Source of the DNA: Armatimonadota bacterium
GTDB taxonomy: Bacteria > Armatimonadota > SYMT01
NCBI GenBank assembly: GCA_041690135.1
Contig: JAWLHY010000001.1
Span: forward strand, 1,248,001 to 1,312,000
DNA length: 64,000 nucleotides
Direction of reading: 5' to 3'
The notes below the pieces were generated by a model. That model was not told where the DNA came from. It saw only the letters and a list, made by a program, of their open reading frames with translations, and ran no database searches. Below, in pieces: positions 49,704 through 58,518 of the stretch (its first letter is position 1; every line of letters starts with the position of its first letter). The translations under genes were made by a program, and so were the position numbers.

Positions 49704-50203
49704 CGGACAGACTCTAGGAAATAGACTTGCATCATCCTGGAGAGCGTTCTACCCAACTGGAGTGGTATGCCGCGCACGTTCCCGGCGGCCCGCTTCTTGG
49801 GGGTCCCATTCACCAGAACATTATACGCTTTCTGGGCTCCGATCTTTTTGCCGCTAAATGTGAAGTCGGTGCTGGTAGTCCATGAGCAGTGGGCGCCCGT
49901 CTTCTGCAGGGTGGTTCCGGCACAGGGCGGCTGGTCCCATGATGTCACTACGGAGTCCCAACGCTATCGTGGGGACCTTCCACACATCATGGGAGTTCTC
50001 CGGTACTTGGCGGTCGAGCCCGCATCACAGCATGGGTGACCGCCGGAGTTGCCGTCCCTTTCTGTTCCGTCTCCACCCTTGGCTCCCTCAGGGTCTTCTA
50101 TGCTCCGGGAGACTTTCATCGACTTTTTCTATTCGACACACGTATCTGGTGGATCTAGACTTAGCATGGCCCCCGCGCAAACAGACGCCCGGGGTGGAAA
50201 CGG

Positions 50204-51349
50204 GTGGAAGCCATGCGTTCAGCGGTCGAGACGGCGGAGAGAGTGGCGCGCGAGGCACTCGCGCCCTGGGCGGAGCATGTGGACCGGGAGGGTCGCTGGC
50301 CGGCGGAGTCTCGGGCGGCGCTCGGTGGAGCCGGGTTGCTTGGGCTCGCTGTCCCCGAAGCCTATGGAGGCCTCGGTGCTTCTCCGACCGTGGTGTCGGC
50401 GGTCGTGCGCACGCTGGCGGAGAGTTGTGCCTCCACGGCGATGATCTTCATGATGCACGTGTGCGCGCAGCAGGTGATCGCACAGGCGGAGGCGTTCCCC
50501 TTTCGTGAGGAGATTCTCCGGGCGATGGCCCGCGGGGAGCACCTCAGCACCCTGGCCTTCAGCGAGAAGGGCTCGCGGAGCCACTTCTGGGCGCCGGTGA
50601 GCCAGGCCGTGGCCGACGGAGACATCCATCGGCTCAGTGCGGAGAAGTCCTGGGTCACCAGCGCGGGACAGGCGGACAGTTACGTCGTGTCCACCCGCAG
50701 CACCGCGGCAGCGGAGATGACCGCTTCCACGCTTTACTATGTCCCGAACGGCGCCGCCGGGCTCAGCGTGGCGGGCTCTTGGTCTGGCCTCGGCCTTCGC
50801 GGGAATGCCAGCGCGCCGATGCGGCTCAAAAACGTGTCGGTGCCCGCTTCGCACCGCTTGAGCGGCGAGGGCGAAGGGTTCGGTGCGATGCTCAGCGTGG
50901 TCCTCCCCTGGTTTCAGCTCTGCAGCGCGTCCGTTTCCGTGGGGATCGCCGCGGCGGCGACGGAGGCCACCCGGCGCCACCTGATGGCCTCCAAACTGGA
51001 GCACCTGGACCAATCCCTGGCCTCCCTGATGAACCTGCGCGCGCGGTTGGCCCAGATGCAGATCGCCGTCGACACCCAGCGCGTGTTCCTGAACCACGTG
51101 GCGGGCCGGATGGAGAATCCCGGCCCCGACACGATGCTGGCAGTGCTGGAGAGCAAAGCCGCCGCCGCCGAGGTGGCGCTCGAGGTGACCGATCTGGCGA
51201 TGCGGACCTGCGGAGGCGCCGCGTTTAGCCGGCACCTGGGTGTGGAGCGGAATTTCCGTGATGCCCGCGCCGGGGCGGTGATGGCCCCCACGACCGACGT
51301 ACTGCATGATTTCATCGGCAAGGCACTCCTTGAGATGCCGCTGTTCTGA
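50204..51349 (+). CDS. Acyl-CoA dehydrogenase-fold flavoprotein
   Basis: VPEAYGGLG, LAFSE.GS, KSWVTS, GLRGNAS, CGG and ERNFRDAR motifs. Confidence 0.92.
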   Translation: MEAMRSAVETAERVAREALAPWAEHVDREGRWPAESRAALGGAGLLGLAVPEAYGGLGASPTVVSAVVRTLAESCASTAMIFMMHVCAQQVIAQAEAFPFREEILRAMARGEHLSTLAFSEKGSRSHFWAPVSQAVADGDIHRLSAEKSWVTSAGQADSYVVSTRSTAAAEMTASTLYYVPNGAAGLSVAGSWSGLGLRGNASAPMRLKNVSVPASHRLSGEGEGFGAMLSVVLPWFQLCSASVSVGIAAAATEATRRHLMASKLEHLDQSLASLMNLRARLAQMQIAVDTQRVFLNHVAGRMENPGPDTMLAVLESKAAAAEVALEVTDLAMRTCGGAAFSRHLGVERNFRDARAGAVMAPTTDVLHDFIGKALLEMPLF

Positions 51350-51387
51350 TGCCGCTCTTTTGAAGCCGCTTACTTGAGGGTACCCCT

Positions 51388-52221
51388 ATGGACCGTCCGA
51401 TCTTGATTGGCGCCGTCGCCTACGACCAGCGTGTGGTCCCGATCTGGGAAGGCATGCGCGACTACTTCCGCGAGGCCGGCATGCCGATCGACTACGTCCT
51501 CTACTCGAACTACGACCGGCAGGTAGAGGCCCTCCTGGACCGGCAAATCGATATCGCCTGGAACACCAACCTGGCCTGGCTGAAGGTCTGTCGCCGCACC
51601 GACAACCGCTGCCGGGCGCTCGCGATGCGGGATGTGGACGCCGATTTCAAGACCGTTTTCGTGGCGCGGACGGACAGCGGCATCCAGTCGCTCGCCGATA
51701 TTCATGGCAAGCGTCTGGCCCTCGGCTCCGCCGACTCCGGTCAGGCCGCCATCCTTCCCATTGAGTTTCTCCGCGAAGCCGGCGTGGATGCCGAGCGAGA
51801 GTGCCGGGTGTCCCGGTTCAACCTGGACGTGGGCAAACACGGCGACACGGGCACCAGCGAGCTGGAAGTTCTGCGCGCCCTCCGTGACGGGGAGGCGGAT
51901 GCGGGCGCCATGGCGGACTCTACCTGGATCCGGCAGGTCACCGAAGGACGGGTGGACCCGACGCAGGTGCGCGCGATCTGGACCTCTCCCGGCTACTGCC
52001 ACTGCAACTTCACGGTCCTGGAAGATTTCCCCGAAGAAGTCGGGCGCAACTGGACCGGCACTCTCCTGACGATGACCTACGACAATCCTCGCTGGCGGGA
52101 GTTGATGGACCTGGAGGGCCTCAAGCGCTGGCTGGAGGCCACGCCGGAGGTGATGAAGGGCTACGATAGCCTCTGGGAAGCGGTGGAGCGCCAGGGCCTG
52201 ACCCGCAACTGGCCGTCGTGA
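51388..52221 (+). CDS. PhnD/SsuA-type binding-protein-fold protein without a signal peptide
   Basis: Y..Y...VEAL....IDIAW, GIQSLADIHGKRLALG..DS and GEADAG motifs. Confidence 0.85.
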   Translation: MDRPILIGAVAYDQRVVPIWEGMRDYFREAGMPIDYVLYSNYDRQVEALLDRQIDIAWNTNLAWLKVCRRTDNRCRALAMRDVDADFKTVFVARTDSGIQSLADIHGKRLALGSADSGQAAILPIEFLREAGVDAERECRVSRFNLDVGKHGDTGTSELEVLRALRDGEADAGAMADSTWIRQVTEGRVDPTQVRAIWTSPGYCHCNFTVLEDFPEEVGRNWTGTLLTMTYDNPRWRELMDLEGLKRWLEATPEVMKGYDSLWEAVERQGLTRNWPS

Positions 52222-53495
52222 GTTCCCGAATGGAAGAGTTTCCGCAGCCGGCAGCGCTGGTCGAGGGCGGCGCACTGGAAGTGGGCAACGGCCTGCTGAT
52301 GCTTCTTCGCGAAGCCATGGAGCCGCTCCCGCCGGACGCCGTGGTGGCCGTACGCGCCTCCCACCCCACGGTGGCTCACGACCTGCCCGCCTGGTGCCGG
52401 GTGATGGCGCATACGTACATGGGTGCGGCGTCCGGCCCGGATGGAACGGTCTACTACTTCCGGAAGAGCCCCTTCCTCCCCATCGCCACCGAAGAGCGGC
52501 CGGACTGGGGGGTGCGGATGCCCCGTCGCGACAACGGGGAACTCCACACACGGGATTGGATGGTCGGCCGGGTGGAGGCGGTGCCGGACCGGGCGACCAC
52601 CACCACCGGATTCGCGCCGCGTGGAGCCGTAGTAGAGCAGGGCGCGCCGGCTTTCGACTTCACCATCAACGAGCGCTCCGCGGTGTGGGCGGCGGAGGTC
52701 GCGGATCTCTACGAGCAGGCGACGGCCAACCAGTGGGACGCCTCTCGCGATATTCCGTGGGACCGCCTGGAGCCGCTGCCGGAACCGCTGGAGCGGGCTG
52801 TCTGCCAGTTGATGACGTTTCTGACGGAGAACGAGTACTCTGCTCTCTACGTCCCCGCGAAGTTCGTCCCGCGCATCAACCCGCAGTTCAATGAAGTCGT
52901 GATGTTCCTCTGCACGCAGATGATGGATGAATCACGGCACATCGAGGCTTTCACCAAGCGTGCCCTGGCCAACGGCGGCGGGCTCCAGTACTCGGCCGCG
53001 TCAACCCAGCTCAGCCTGAAGACGCTGTTCGATCAACACGACTTCACCTCCGCCTCCTTCCTCCTCTCCGTGCTTGGCGAGGGGACCTTCCTGGATCTCC
53101 TGCGGTTCATCGAGACGCACGCGCCGGACCCGGTAACCGCCGAGATCTGTCGCCGCGCGCGCGTGGACGAGACGCGCCACGTGCATTTCGGGATGGCCCA
53201 CATGCGCTACTACCTCGCGCAGGACCCGGCCAACTATGAGCACCTCGAACGGGCGGTGCGGGAGCGGGCCGCGTTCATGCAGTCGGTGACGGAGGTGAGC
53301 CCGCGGGTCCAGGAAGCGCTGGCGATCCTCGCGGCGGGTGGCTTGAACGCGGACCGCCTGCCGGAAGGGCTGGCGAAAGTGCGGGCTCTCGTGAGTGAGA
53401 TGCACGAGCACCGCATGCGCCGTCTCTTGGCCGCCGGCTTCTCCGCGGAGCAGGCAGTCGAGATCTCCCGCCTCCACACCCCGAACTTCATGTAA
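52218..53495 (+). CDS. TusA/SirA-like domain fused to a diiron ferritin-like domain
   Basis: HDLPAWCR in the N-terminal domain; ENE, DESRH, EGTF and DETRH metal-ligand motifs. Confidence 0.85.
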   Translation: MSSRMEEFPQPAALVEGGALEVGNGLLMLLREAMEPLPPDAVVAVRASHPTVAHDLPAWCRVMAHTYMGAASGPDGTVYYFRKSPFLPIATEERPDWGVRMPRRDNGELHTRDWMVGRVEAVPDRATTTTGFAPRGAVVEQGAPAFDFTINERSAVWAAEVADLYEQATANQWDASRDIPWDRLEPLPEPLERAVCQLMTFLTENEYSALYVPAKFVPRINPQFNEVVMFLCTQMMDESRHIEAFTKRALANGGGLQYSAASTQLSLKTLFDQHDFTSASFLLSVLGEGTFLDLLRFIETHAPDPVTAEICRRARVDETRHVHFGMAHMRYYLAQDPANYEHLERAVRERAAFMQSVTEVSPRVQEALAILAAGGLNADRLPEGLAKVRALVSEMHEHRMRRLLAAGFSAEQAVEISRLHTPNFM

Positions 53496-53561
53496 GCGGT
53501 CTTCGCCACTCCGGCCCCGAAGGAGCCTCAATCCCCGGCCCCCTCGGGGGCTGCAGCCTTC

Positions 53562-53588
53562 CAACCTTCAACCTTCAACCTTCAACCT
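53562..53588. repeat. Heptamer tandem repeat (CAACCTT), about 4 copies
   Basis: caacctt caacctt caacctt caacct, directly upstream of the tRNA promoter. Confidence 0.8.
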
Positions 53589-53599
53589 CTCCAAAGGTA

Positions 53600-53629
53600 T
53601 TGACATCCCCCCGCGCGAGCCGCTACTAT
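53600..53629 (+). promoter_or_regulatory. Sigma70-type promoter of tRNA-Gln
   Basis: TTGACA, 18-bp spacer, TACTAT, ending 10 bp before the tRNA. Confidence 0.8.
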
Positions 53630-53639
53630 ACAACCACGT

Positions 53640-53712
53640 TGCCGGATAGCTCAGTTGGCAGAGCGACTGACTCTGGATCAGTAGGTCCTAGGTTCGAGCC
53701 CTAGTCCGGCAG
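53640..53712 (+). tRNA. tRNA-Gln (anticodon CTG), CCA not encoded
   Basis: TGCCGGA/TCCGGCA acceptor stem, AGCTCAGTTGGCAGAGC D-arm, CT-CTG-GA anticodon loop, GGTTCGAGCCC T-arm. Confidence 0.96.
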
Positions 53713-53861
53713 TGTTTCCCACCCCATTGGATTGACCAGGAGCGCCCCTTCCCGCTGCGCCCCGACGTCGATCGCAAAAGAGGCCGGGCAGGTCGCGACC
53801 CTCGCGTCTGTCCGGTTTTTTCACGTCTAGTGGACCGAGGAATTGGAGCAGGGAGACGAGA

Positions 53862-55589
53862 GTGAGCCAGGGACAAGAAGTGGAGAAGACGGTAACTTCG
53901 GCGGACTCCGCGGGTCGTCGCGAAGTGCCGACCGACTACATCCGGGAAGCGATCAAGGAAGACCTCCGCAACGGACGGTTCGACCGCGTGCACACGCGCT
54001 TTCCTCCGGAGCCGAACGCCTACCTGCACATCGGGCACGCGAAGGCCGTCTGGATCGACTACGGCATCGCGCTGGACTTCGGCGGGTTGTTCAACCTGCG
54101 CTTCGATGATACGAACCCGGTGCGCGAAGATCAGGAGTTTGTGGACGGCATTATCGAGGACGTGCGCTGGCTCGGTGCCGACTGGGGTGACCGGCTCTGC
54201 TTCGCATCCGACTACTTCGAGCAGATGTACGCGTGGGCTCTTGACCTGATCCGCAAGGGTAAGGCCTACGTGTGCGATCTTACGGCGGAGGAGCTGAGCG
54301 CCACCCGCGGCACCCTCACCACTCCGGGCCAGGAAAGTCCCTTCCGGAACCGCAGCGTGGAGGAGAACCTGGACCTGTTCGCGCGCATGCGGGCCGGCGA
54401 ATTTCCCGACGGCGCCCGGACGCTCCGCGCGAAGATCGACATGGCCTCGCCGAACATGGTCATGCGCGATCCCGTGATGTACCGCATCCTTCATACCAAG
54501 CACCATCGCCAGGGCGATAAGTGGTGCATCTACCCGACCTACGACTGGGCCCACGGCCTCGAGGATTCCATCGAGGGGGTCACCCACTCCCTCTGCTCGC
54601 AGGAGTACGAGATCCACCGGCCGCTCTATGACTGGTTCCTGGATGAACTGGACATCTATCATCCGCGCCAGATCGAGTTCGCGCGCCTGAACCTGACCCA
54701 CACCGTGATGAGCAAGCGCCGCTTCATCGAGCTGGTGAACGGAGGGCACGTCCAGGGCTACGACGATCCCCGGCTGCCGACGCTCGCCGGGCTGCGCCGC
54801 CGCGGCTACACGCCCGAAGCGATTCGGGAGTTCTGCCGTCGGATCGGCGTCTCTAAGACGGATAGCTGCGTGGAAGTGGCGTACCTGGAAGACTGCGTCC
54901 GCGAGGACCTGAACCGGTGGTCGCCCCGCGTGATGTCTGTGCTGGACCCGCTGAAGGTGGTGCTGGTGAACTACCCCGAGGGCCAGACGGAAGAGCTCGA
55001 CGTCATCAACAACCCCGAGGATCCCGCCGCCGGAACCCGCAAGGTGACCTTCGCCCGCGAGCTGTACATCGAGCGCGACGACTTCCGCGAGGAGCCGCCG
55101 CCCAAGTTCTTCCGGCTGGCTCCCGGTCGTGAGGTCCGGCTGCGGAACGCCTACCTGGTCCGGTGCGTGGACGTGATCAAGGACGCGGAAGGCAACGTCA
55201 CCGAGGTCCACTGCACCTACGATCCGGAGACCCGCGGTGGGGATGCGCCGGACGGACGCAAGGTAAAGGCTACCCTGCACTGGCTCGCGGCCCCGGCAGC
55301 CGTTCCGGCCGAGGTCCGGCTCTACGACCACCTGTTCGTGAAACCGGATCCGGACGACGTGGAGCCCGGCCAGACCTACTTCGACAATCTCAACCCGAAC
55401 TCGCTGAAGGTGGTCTCGGGATTTGTGGAACCGGCCGTAGCCGAAGCGGCCCCCGGCACGCGCTACCAGTTCGAGCGCCTGGGTTACTTCTGCGTGGACA
55501 AGGAATCCACGCCGGAGAGACCCGTCTTCAACCGGACAGTTACCCTCCGCGATACCTGGGCCAAAATCGAAAAGCGCACGGGCAAGTAA
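53862..55589 (+). CDS. glnS: Glutamine--tRNA ligase
   Basis: [34 protein letters not shown] and QFERLGYF motifs. Confidence 0.97.
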   Translation: MSQGQEVEKTVTSADSAGRREVPTDYIREAIKEDLRNGRFDRVHTRFPPEPNAYLHIGHAKAVWIDYGIALDFGGLFNLRFDDTNPVREDQEFVDGIIEDVRWLGADWGDRLCFASDYFEQMYAWALDLIRKGKAYVCDLTAEELSATRGTLTTPGQESPFRNRSVEENLDLFARMRAGEFPDGARTLRAKIDMASPNMVMRDPVMYRILHTKHHRQGDKWCIYPTYDWAHGLEDSIEGVTHSLCSQEYEIHRPLYDWFLDELDIYHPRQIEFARLNLTHTVMSKRRFIELVNGGHVQGYDDPRLPTLAGLRRRGYTPEAIREFCRRIGVSKTDSCVEVAYLEDCVREDLNRWSPRVMSVLDPLKVVLVNYPEGQTEELDVINNPEDPAAGTRKVTFARELYIERDDFREEPPPKFFRLAPGREVRLRNAYLVRCVDVIKDAEGNVTEVHCTYDPETRGGDAPDGRKVKATLHWLAAPAAVPAEVRLYDHLFVKPDPDDVEPGQTYFDNLNPNSLKVVSGFVEPAVAEAAPGTRYQFERLGYFCVDKESTPERPVFNRTVTLRDTWAKIEKRTGK

Positions 55590-55716
55590 CCGCCTGATCG
55601 TATTCGTGACGGCCGACCACCGCCCCAACGGAGGAGGCGCAGGTCCGGAGCACAAAACCTATGGGCGTGAAGCGCAAGACGGACTTGCGCTTCACGCCCT
55701 TTGCATTTGGCACAGC

Positions 55717-57687
55717 ATGAAACCTCTCCCTCTCGCTTATCGCCAGGTCCACCTCGACTTCCACACTTCGGAACTGATCACCGGGATCGGCCGCGACTTC
55801 GATGCCGGCCGCTTCGCGCGCACGCTCAAAGAAGCGCACGTTAATTCCGTGACCTGCTTCTCCCGCTGCCACCACGGGATGATCTACCACGACACCCGGT
55901 TCCCCGCGCGGCATCCGCACCTGGAAGTCAACCTGCTCCAGGAGCAGATCGAGGCCTGTCACGCGGAGGGCATCCGGGTGCCGATCTACATCAGCGTGGG
56001 CTTCGACGAGTTCATGGCCCGGCGCCATCCGGAATGGGTGGAACTGGGCGGGGACGGAAAGGTCCGGGGCGCGGCGCCGCTGGAGGCGGGCTGGCGCAAA
56101 CTCTGTCTCAATACCCCCTACATCGATTACGTCTCCGAGCAGACGCAGGAAGTGCTGTCCCTCTTCCCCACGGATGGGCTGTTTTTCGACATCATCCACC
56201 AGGGGCCGTGCTGTTGTCGCTGGTGCATGGAGGGCATGCAGGCGGAGGGCGTCGACCCGGAAGACGAAGGTCAGCGGAAGGCCTACGCGCGAGAAGTGCT
56301 GAACCGCCTCCGGACACGCATCACCCGGGAGGTGCGCGAGGTCAACCCGGACTGCCTGATCTTCTGGAACAGCGGCCACGTGGACCCCACCTTCCGGCCG
56401 GTGCTCCACACCTTCTCCCACCTGGAGATCGAGAGCCTCCCCAGTGGCGGGTGGGGCTATGATCATTTCCCCACTTCGGTCCGCTACGCCCGCAACCTGG
56501 GCCTCGACCACCTGGGGATGACCGGCAAGTTCCACAAGACCTGGGCCGGTTTCGGGGAGTTCAAGAACCCTCCGGCCCTGGAGTACGACTGCTTCACCGC
56601 CCTGGCCGAAGGCAGCAAATGCTCCATCGGCGACCAGCTCCATCCCAACGGGGAGCTGGACCCCGCCACGTACGAGCTCATCGGGGGCGTCTATGCGCAA
56701 GTGGCAGCCCGCGAGCCGTGGTGCGCCGGGGCGAAGGCGGTGACGGAGATCGCCATCTTCAATCCGGAGGCCATTGGGGTCCACGATGGCCGGGTCGATA
56801 CCTCCGCGGGTGGCGCGCACCGGATGCTGGTGGAGGCCCACTACCAGCACGACATGGTGGACGAGGAGATGGACTGGTCTCGCTACCGGGTCCTGATCTT
56901 ACCGGACAAAATCCGCCTCCACGACGCGCTCGCCGCGAAGTTCCGGGCTTATCTCGCCCAGGGAGGCAGCCTCATCGCCTCCCATCTCTCGGGGTTGGCC
57001 GCGGACCGCGACGAGTTTGTTCTGCCGGAACTCGGCGTGACCTACCGCGGTGTAGCGCCCTTTTCACCGGACTACGTGGCGCCGGGACCGGAGATCGCCG
57101 CGGGCATCCCGGCGAGCCAGCACGTGATGTACGAGCGCGGCCTGGAGGTGGAGACGAAAGGCGCGGAGGAGTTGGCACGCGTTTGGCACCCCTATTTCAA
57201 CCGCACCTACGCGCACTTCTGCAGCCACCGTCATACCCCTGCGGAGAAAGAGAGCCCCTTCCCGGCTGTAACCCGGAACGGGCGGGTGATCTACTTCGCC
57301 CATCCCCTCTTCGCCGCGTTCAAACAGCACGGCCTTCGGGTCTATAAGCAGCTCTTCCTGAACGCCCTTCGCCTGCTGCTTCCCGAGCCCCTGATCGCGA
57401 CCGACGCCCCCTCCACGGCCCGGATCTCGCTCGCCCGCCAGGACAATCCGGTCCGTACGATCGTCCATCTCCTCCACTACATCCCGGAACAGCGCTACCG
57501 CGAGACGCCCATGGTCGAGGAAGCGCTGCCGCTCTTCAACGTGAGCCTGGCCGTCCGCCTGGACCACGAACCCGCCCGCGTTTACCTCGCCCCGGATGGC
57601 GCTTCCCTCCCTTTCACCTGGTCCAACGGCAGGGTTCACCTCACCGTCCCTGAAGCTCGCGGCCACGTGATGGTGGTGTTCGAATGA
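55717..57687 (+). CDS. Glycoside hydrolase (GH29/GH42-like, with beta-galactosidase trimerisation domain)
   Basis: RQVHLDFHTS, CHHG, DGLFFD, EIESLPSGGWGY and MTGKFH motifs. Confidence 0.85.
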   Translation: MKPLPLAYRQVHLDFHTSELITGIGRDFDAGRFARTLKEAHVNSVTCFSRCHHGMIYHDTRFPARHPHLEVNLLQEQIEACHAEGIRVPIYISVGFDEFMARRHPEWVELGGDGKVRGAAPLEAGWRKLCLNTPYIDYVSEQTQEVLSLFPTDGLFFDIIHQGPCCCRWCMEGMQAEGVDPEDEGQRKAYAREVLNRLRTRITREVREVNPDCLIFWNSGHVDPTFRPVLHTFSHLEIESLPSGGWGYDHFPTSVRYARNLGLDHLGMTGKFHKTWAGFGEFKNPPALEYDCFTALAEGSKCSIGDQLHPNGELDPATYELIGGVYAQVAAREPWCAGAKAVTEIAIFNPEAIGVHDGRVDTSAGGAHRMLVEAHYQHDMVDEEMDWSRYRVLILPDKIRLHDALAAKFRAYLAQGGSLIASHLSGLAADRDEFVLPELGVTYRGVAPFSPDYVAPGPEIAAGIPASQHVMYERGLEVETKGAEELARVWHPYFNRTYAHFCSHRHTPAEKESPFPAVTRNGRVIYFAHPLFAAFKQHGLRVYKQLFLNALRLLLPEPLIATDAPSTARISLARQDNPVRTIVHLLHYIPEQRYRETPMVEEALPLFNVSLAVRLDHEPARVYLAPDGASLPFTWSNGRVHLTVPEARGHVMVVFE

Positions 57688-57749
57688 GGGTGATCGCAGT
57701 TGGCAATAATTGCCATCAAGAGGTAGACTCTGATCCAGGAGGAAGATCC

Positions 57750-58034
57750 ATGGCGGTCGAAACAATCAACTTCTCCTTACCGGAGCCACTCAAGCGTTTC
57801 GTTGATGAGCGAGTAGCCGGAGGCGGTTACAGCAGTGCGAGCGAGTACTTGCGCGAACTGATTCGAAAGGATCAGGAACGGCAAGACCGGCAGCACTTGC
57901 TGGTCGAAAAACTGGAAGCATTGCTGCTCGAAGGGTTGAATAGCGGCGAAGCAATCGAATGGACGCCGGAATACCGGGCTCAACGTCGGGAACGTCTGAT
58001 TGCGAGAGCTAAAGCGGAAGGTTGCCGGCCGTAG
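57750..58034 (+). CDS. parD: Type II TA antitoxin, ParD family
   Basis: INFSLPEPLKRFVDERVAGGGYSSASEYLRELIR...LLEGLNSG. Confidence 0.9.
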   Translation: MAVETINFSLPEPLKRFVDERVAGGGYSSASEYLRELIRKDQERQDRQHLLVEKLEALLLEGLNSGEAIEWTPEYRAQRRERLIARAKAEGCRP

Positions 58035-58038
58035 GAAC

Positions 58039-58362
58039 ATGAACCCCCTCGCGATTAACGTACATCCACGCGCCGAAGAGGACTTGGAAGATGCGTTCAT
58101 GTACTTCTCGCGTCGGGCGGGCATCAGTGTGGCCGAGAAGTTTGATGACGCCGTCGGCCGGACTTTGAGCTTGCTGGCGGAACAGCCCGAACTGGGGGCG
58201 ACCGCAACCTTCCGCTCCCGCGGGCTTGCGGACGTCCGAAGATGGGCCGTTCCGGAGTTCAGAAGCTACCTCATTTTCTACCGTTTGACGGAAAGGTCTA
58301 TCGAAGTTCTCCGGGTTCTTCACGGAGCACGCGACCTGGAGCCGCTCCTTCTCGAGGAGTAA
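58039..58362 (+). CDS. parE: Type II TA toxin, RelE/ParE family
   Basis: AEEDLE, L...PELG, YLIFYR and IEVLRVLHGARD motifs. Confidence 0.92.
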   Translation: MNPLAINVHPRAEEDLEDAFMYFSRRAGISVAEKFDDAVGRTLSLLAEQPELGATATFRSRGLADVRRWAVPEFRSYLIFYRLTERSIEVLRVLHGARDLEPLLLEE

Positions 58363-58518
58363 ACCGAGGGACTTTCGAGCCCCCCGCCGTCCGCAAAGCT
58401 AGACAATGAATACTTCAGGTGGGCGACCGCTCCGACGTCAACGATTACTCATGCAACAGGGGGCGGGTCGCGGACGTCCTTCTGTCTGGAACACCAACGC
58501 GTAGAGGAGCCAGCCGTC

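Noticed and set aside
49767-50039. 90-aa ORF upstream of the ACAD gene
   Set aside because: No recognisable family; the region is better explained by nucleotide structure.
52261-52300. Selenocysteine at the TusA Cys position
   Set aside because: The codon is GTG (Val); there is no in-frame TGA.
53640-53760. Integrative element at tRNA-Gln
   Set aside because: No integrase or duplicated tRNA 3' end seen; glnS follows directly.
57750-58362. parDE as a novel system or mobile-element marker
   Set aside because: Canonical TA pair with no flanking mobility genes.
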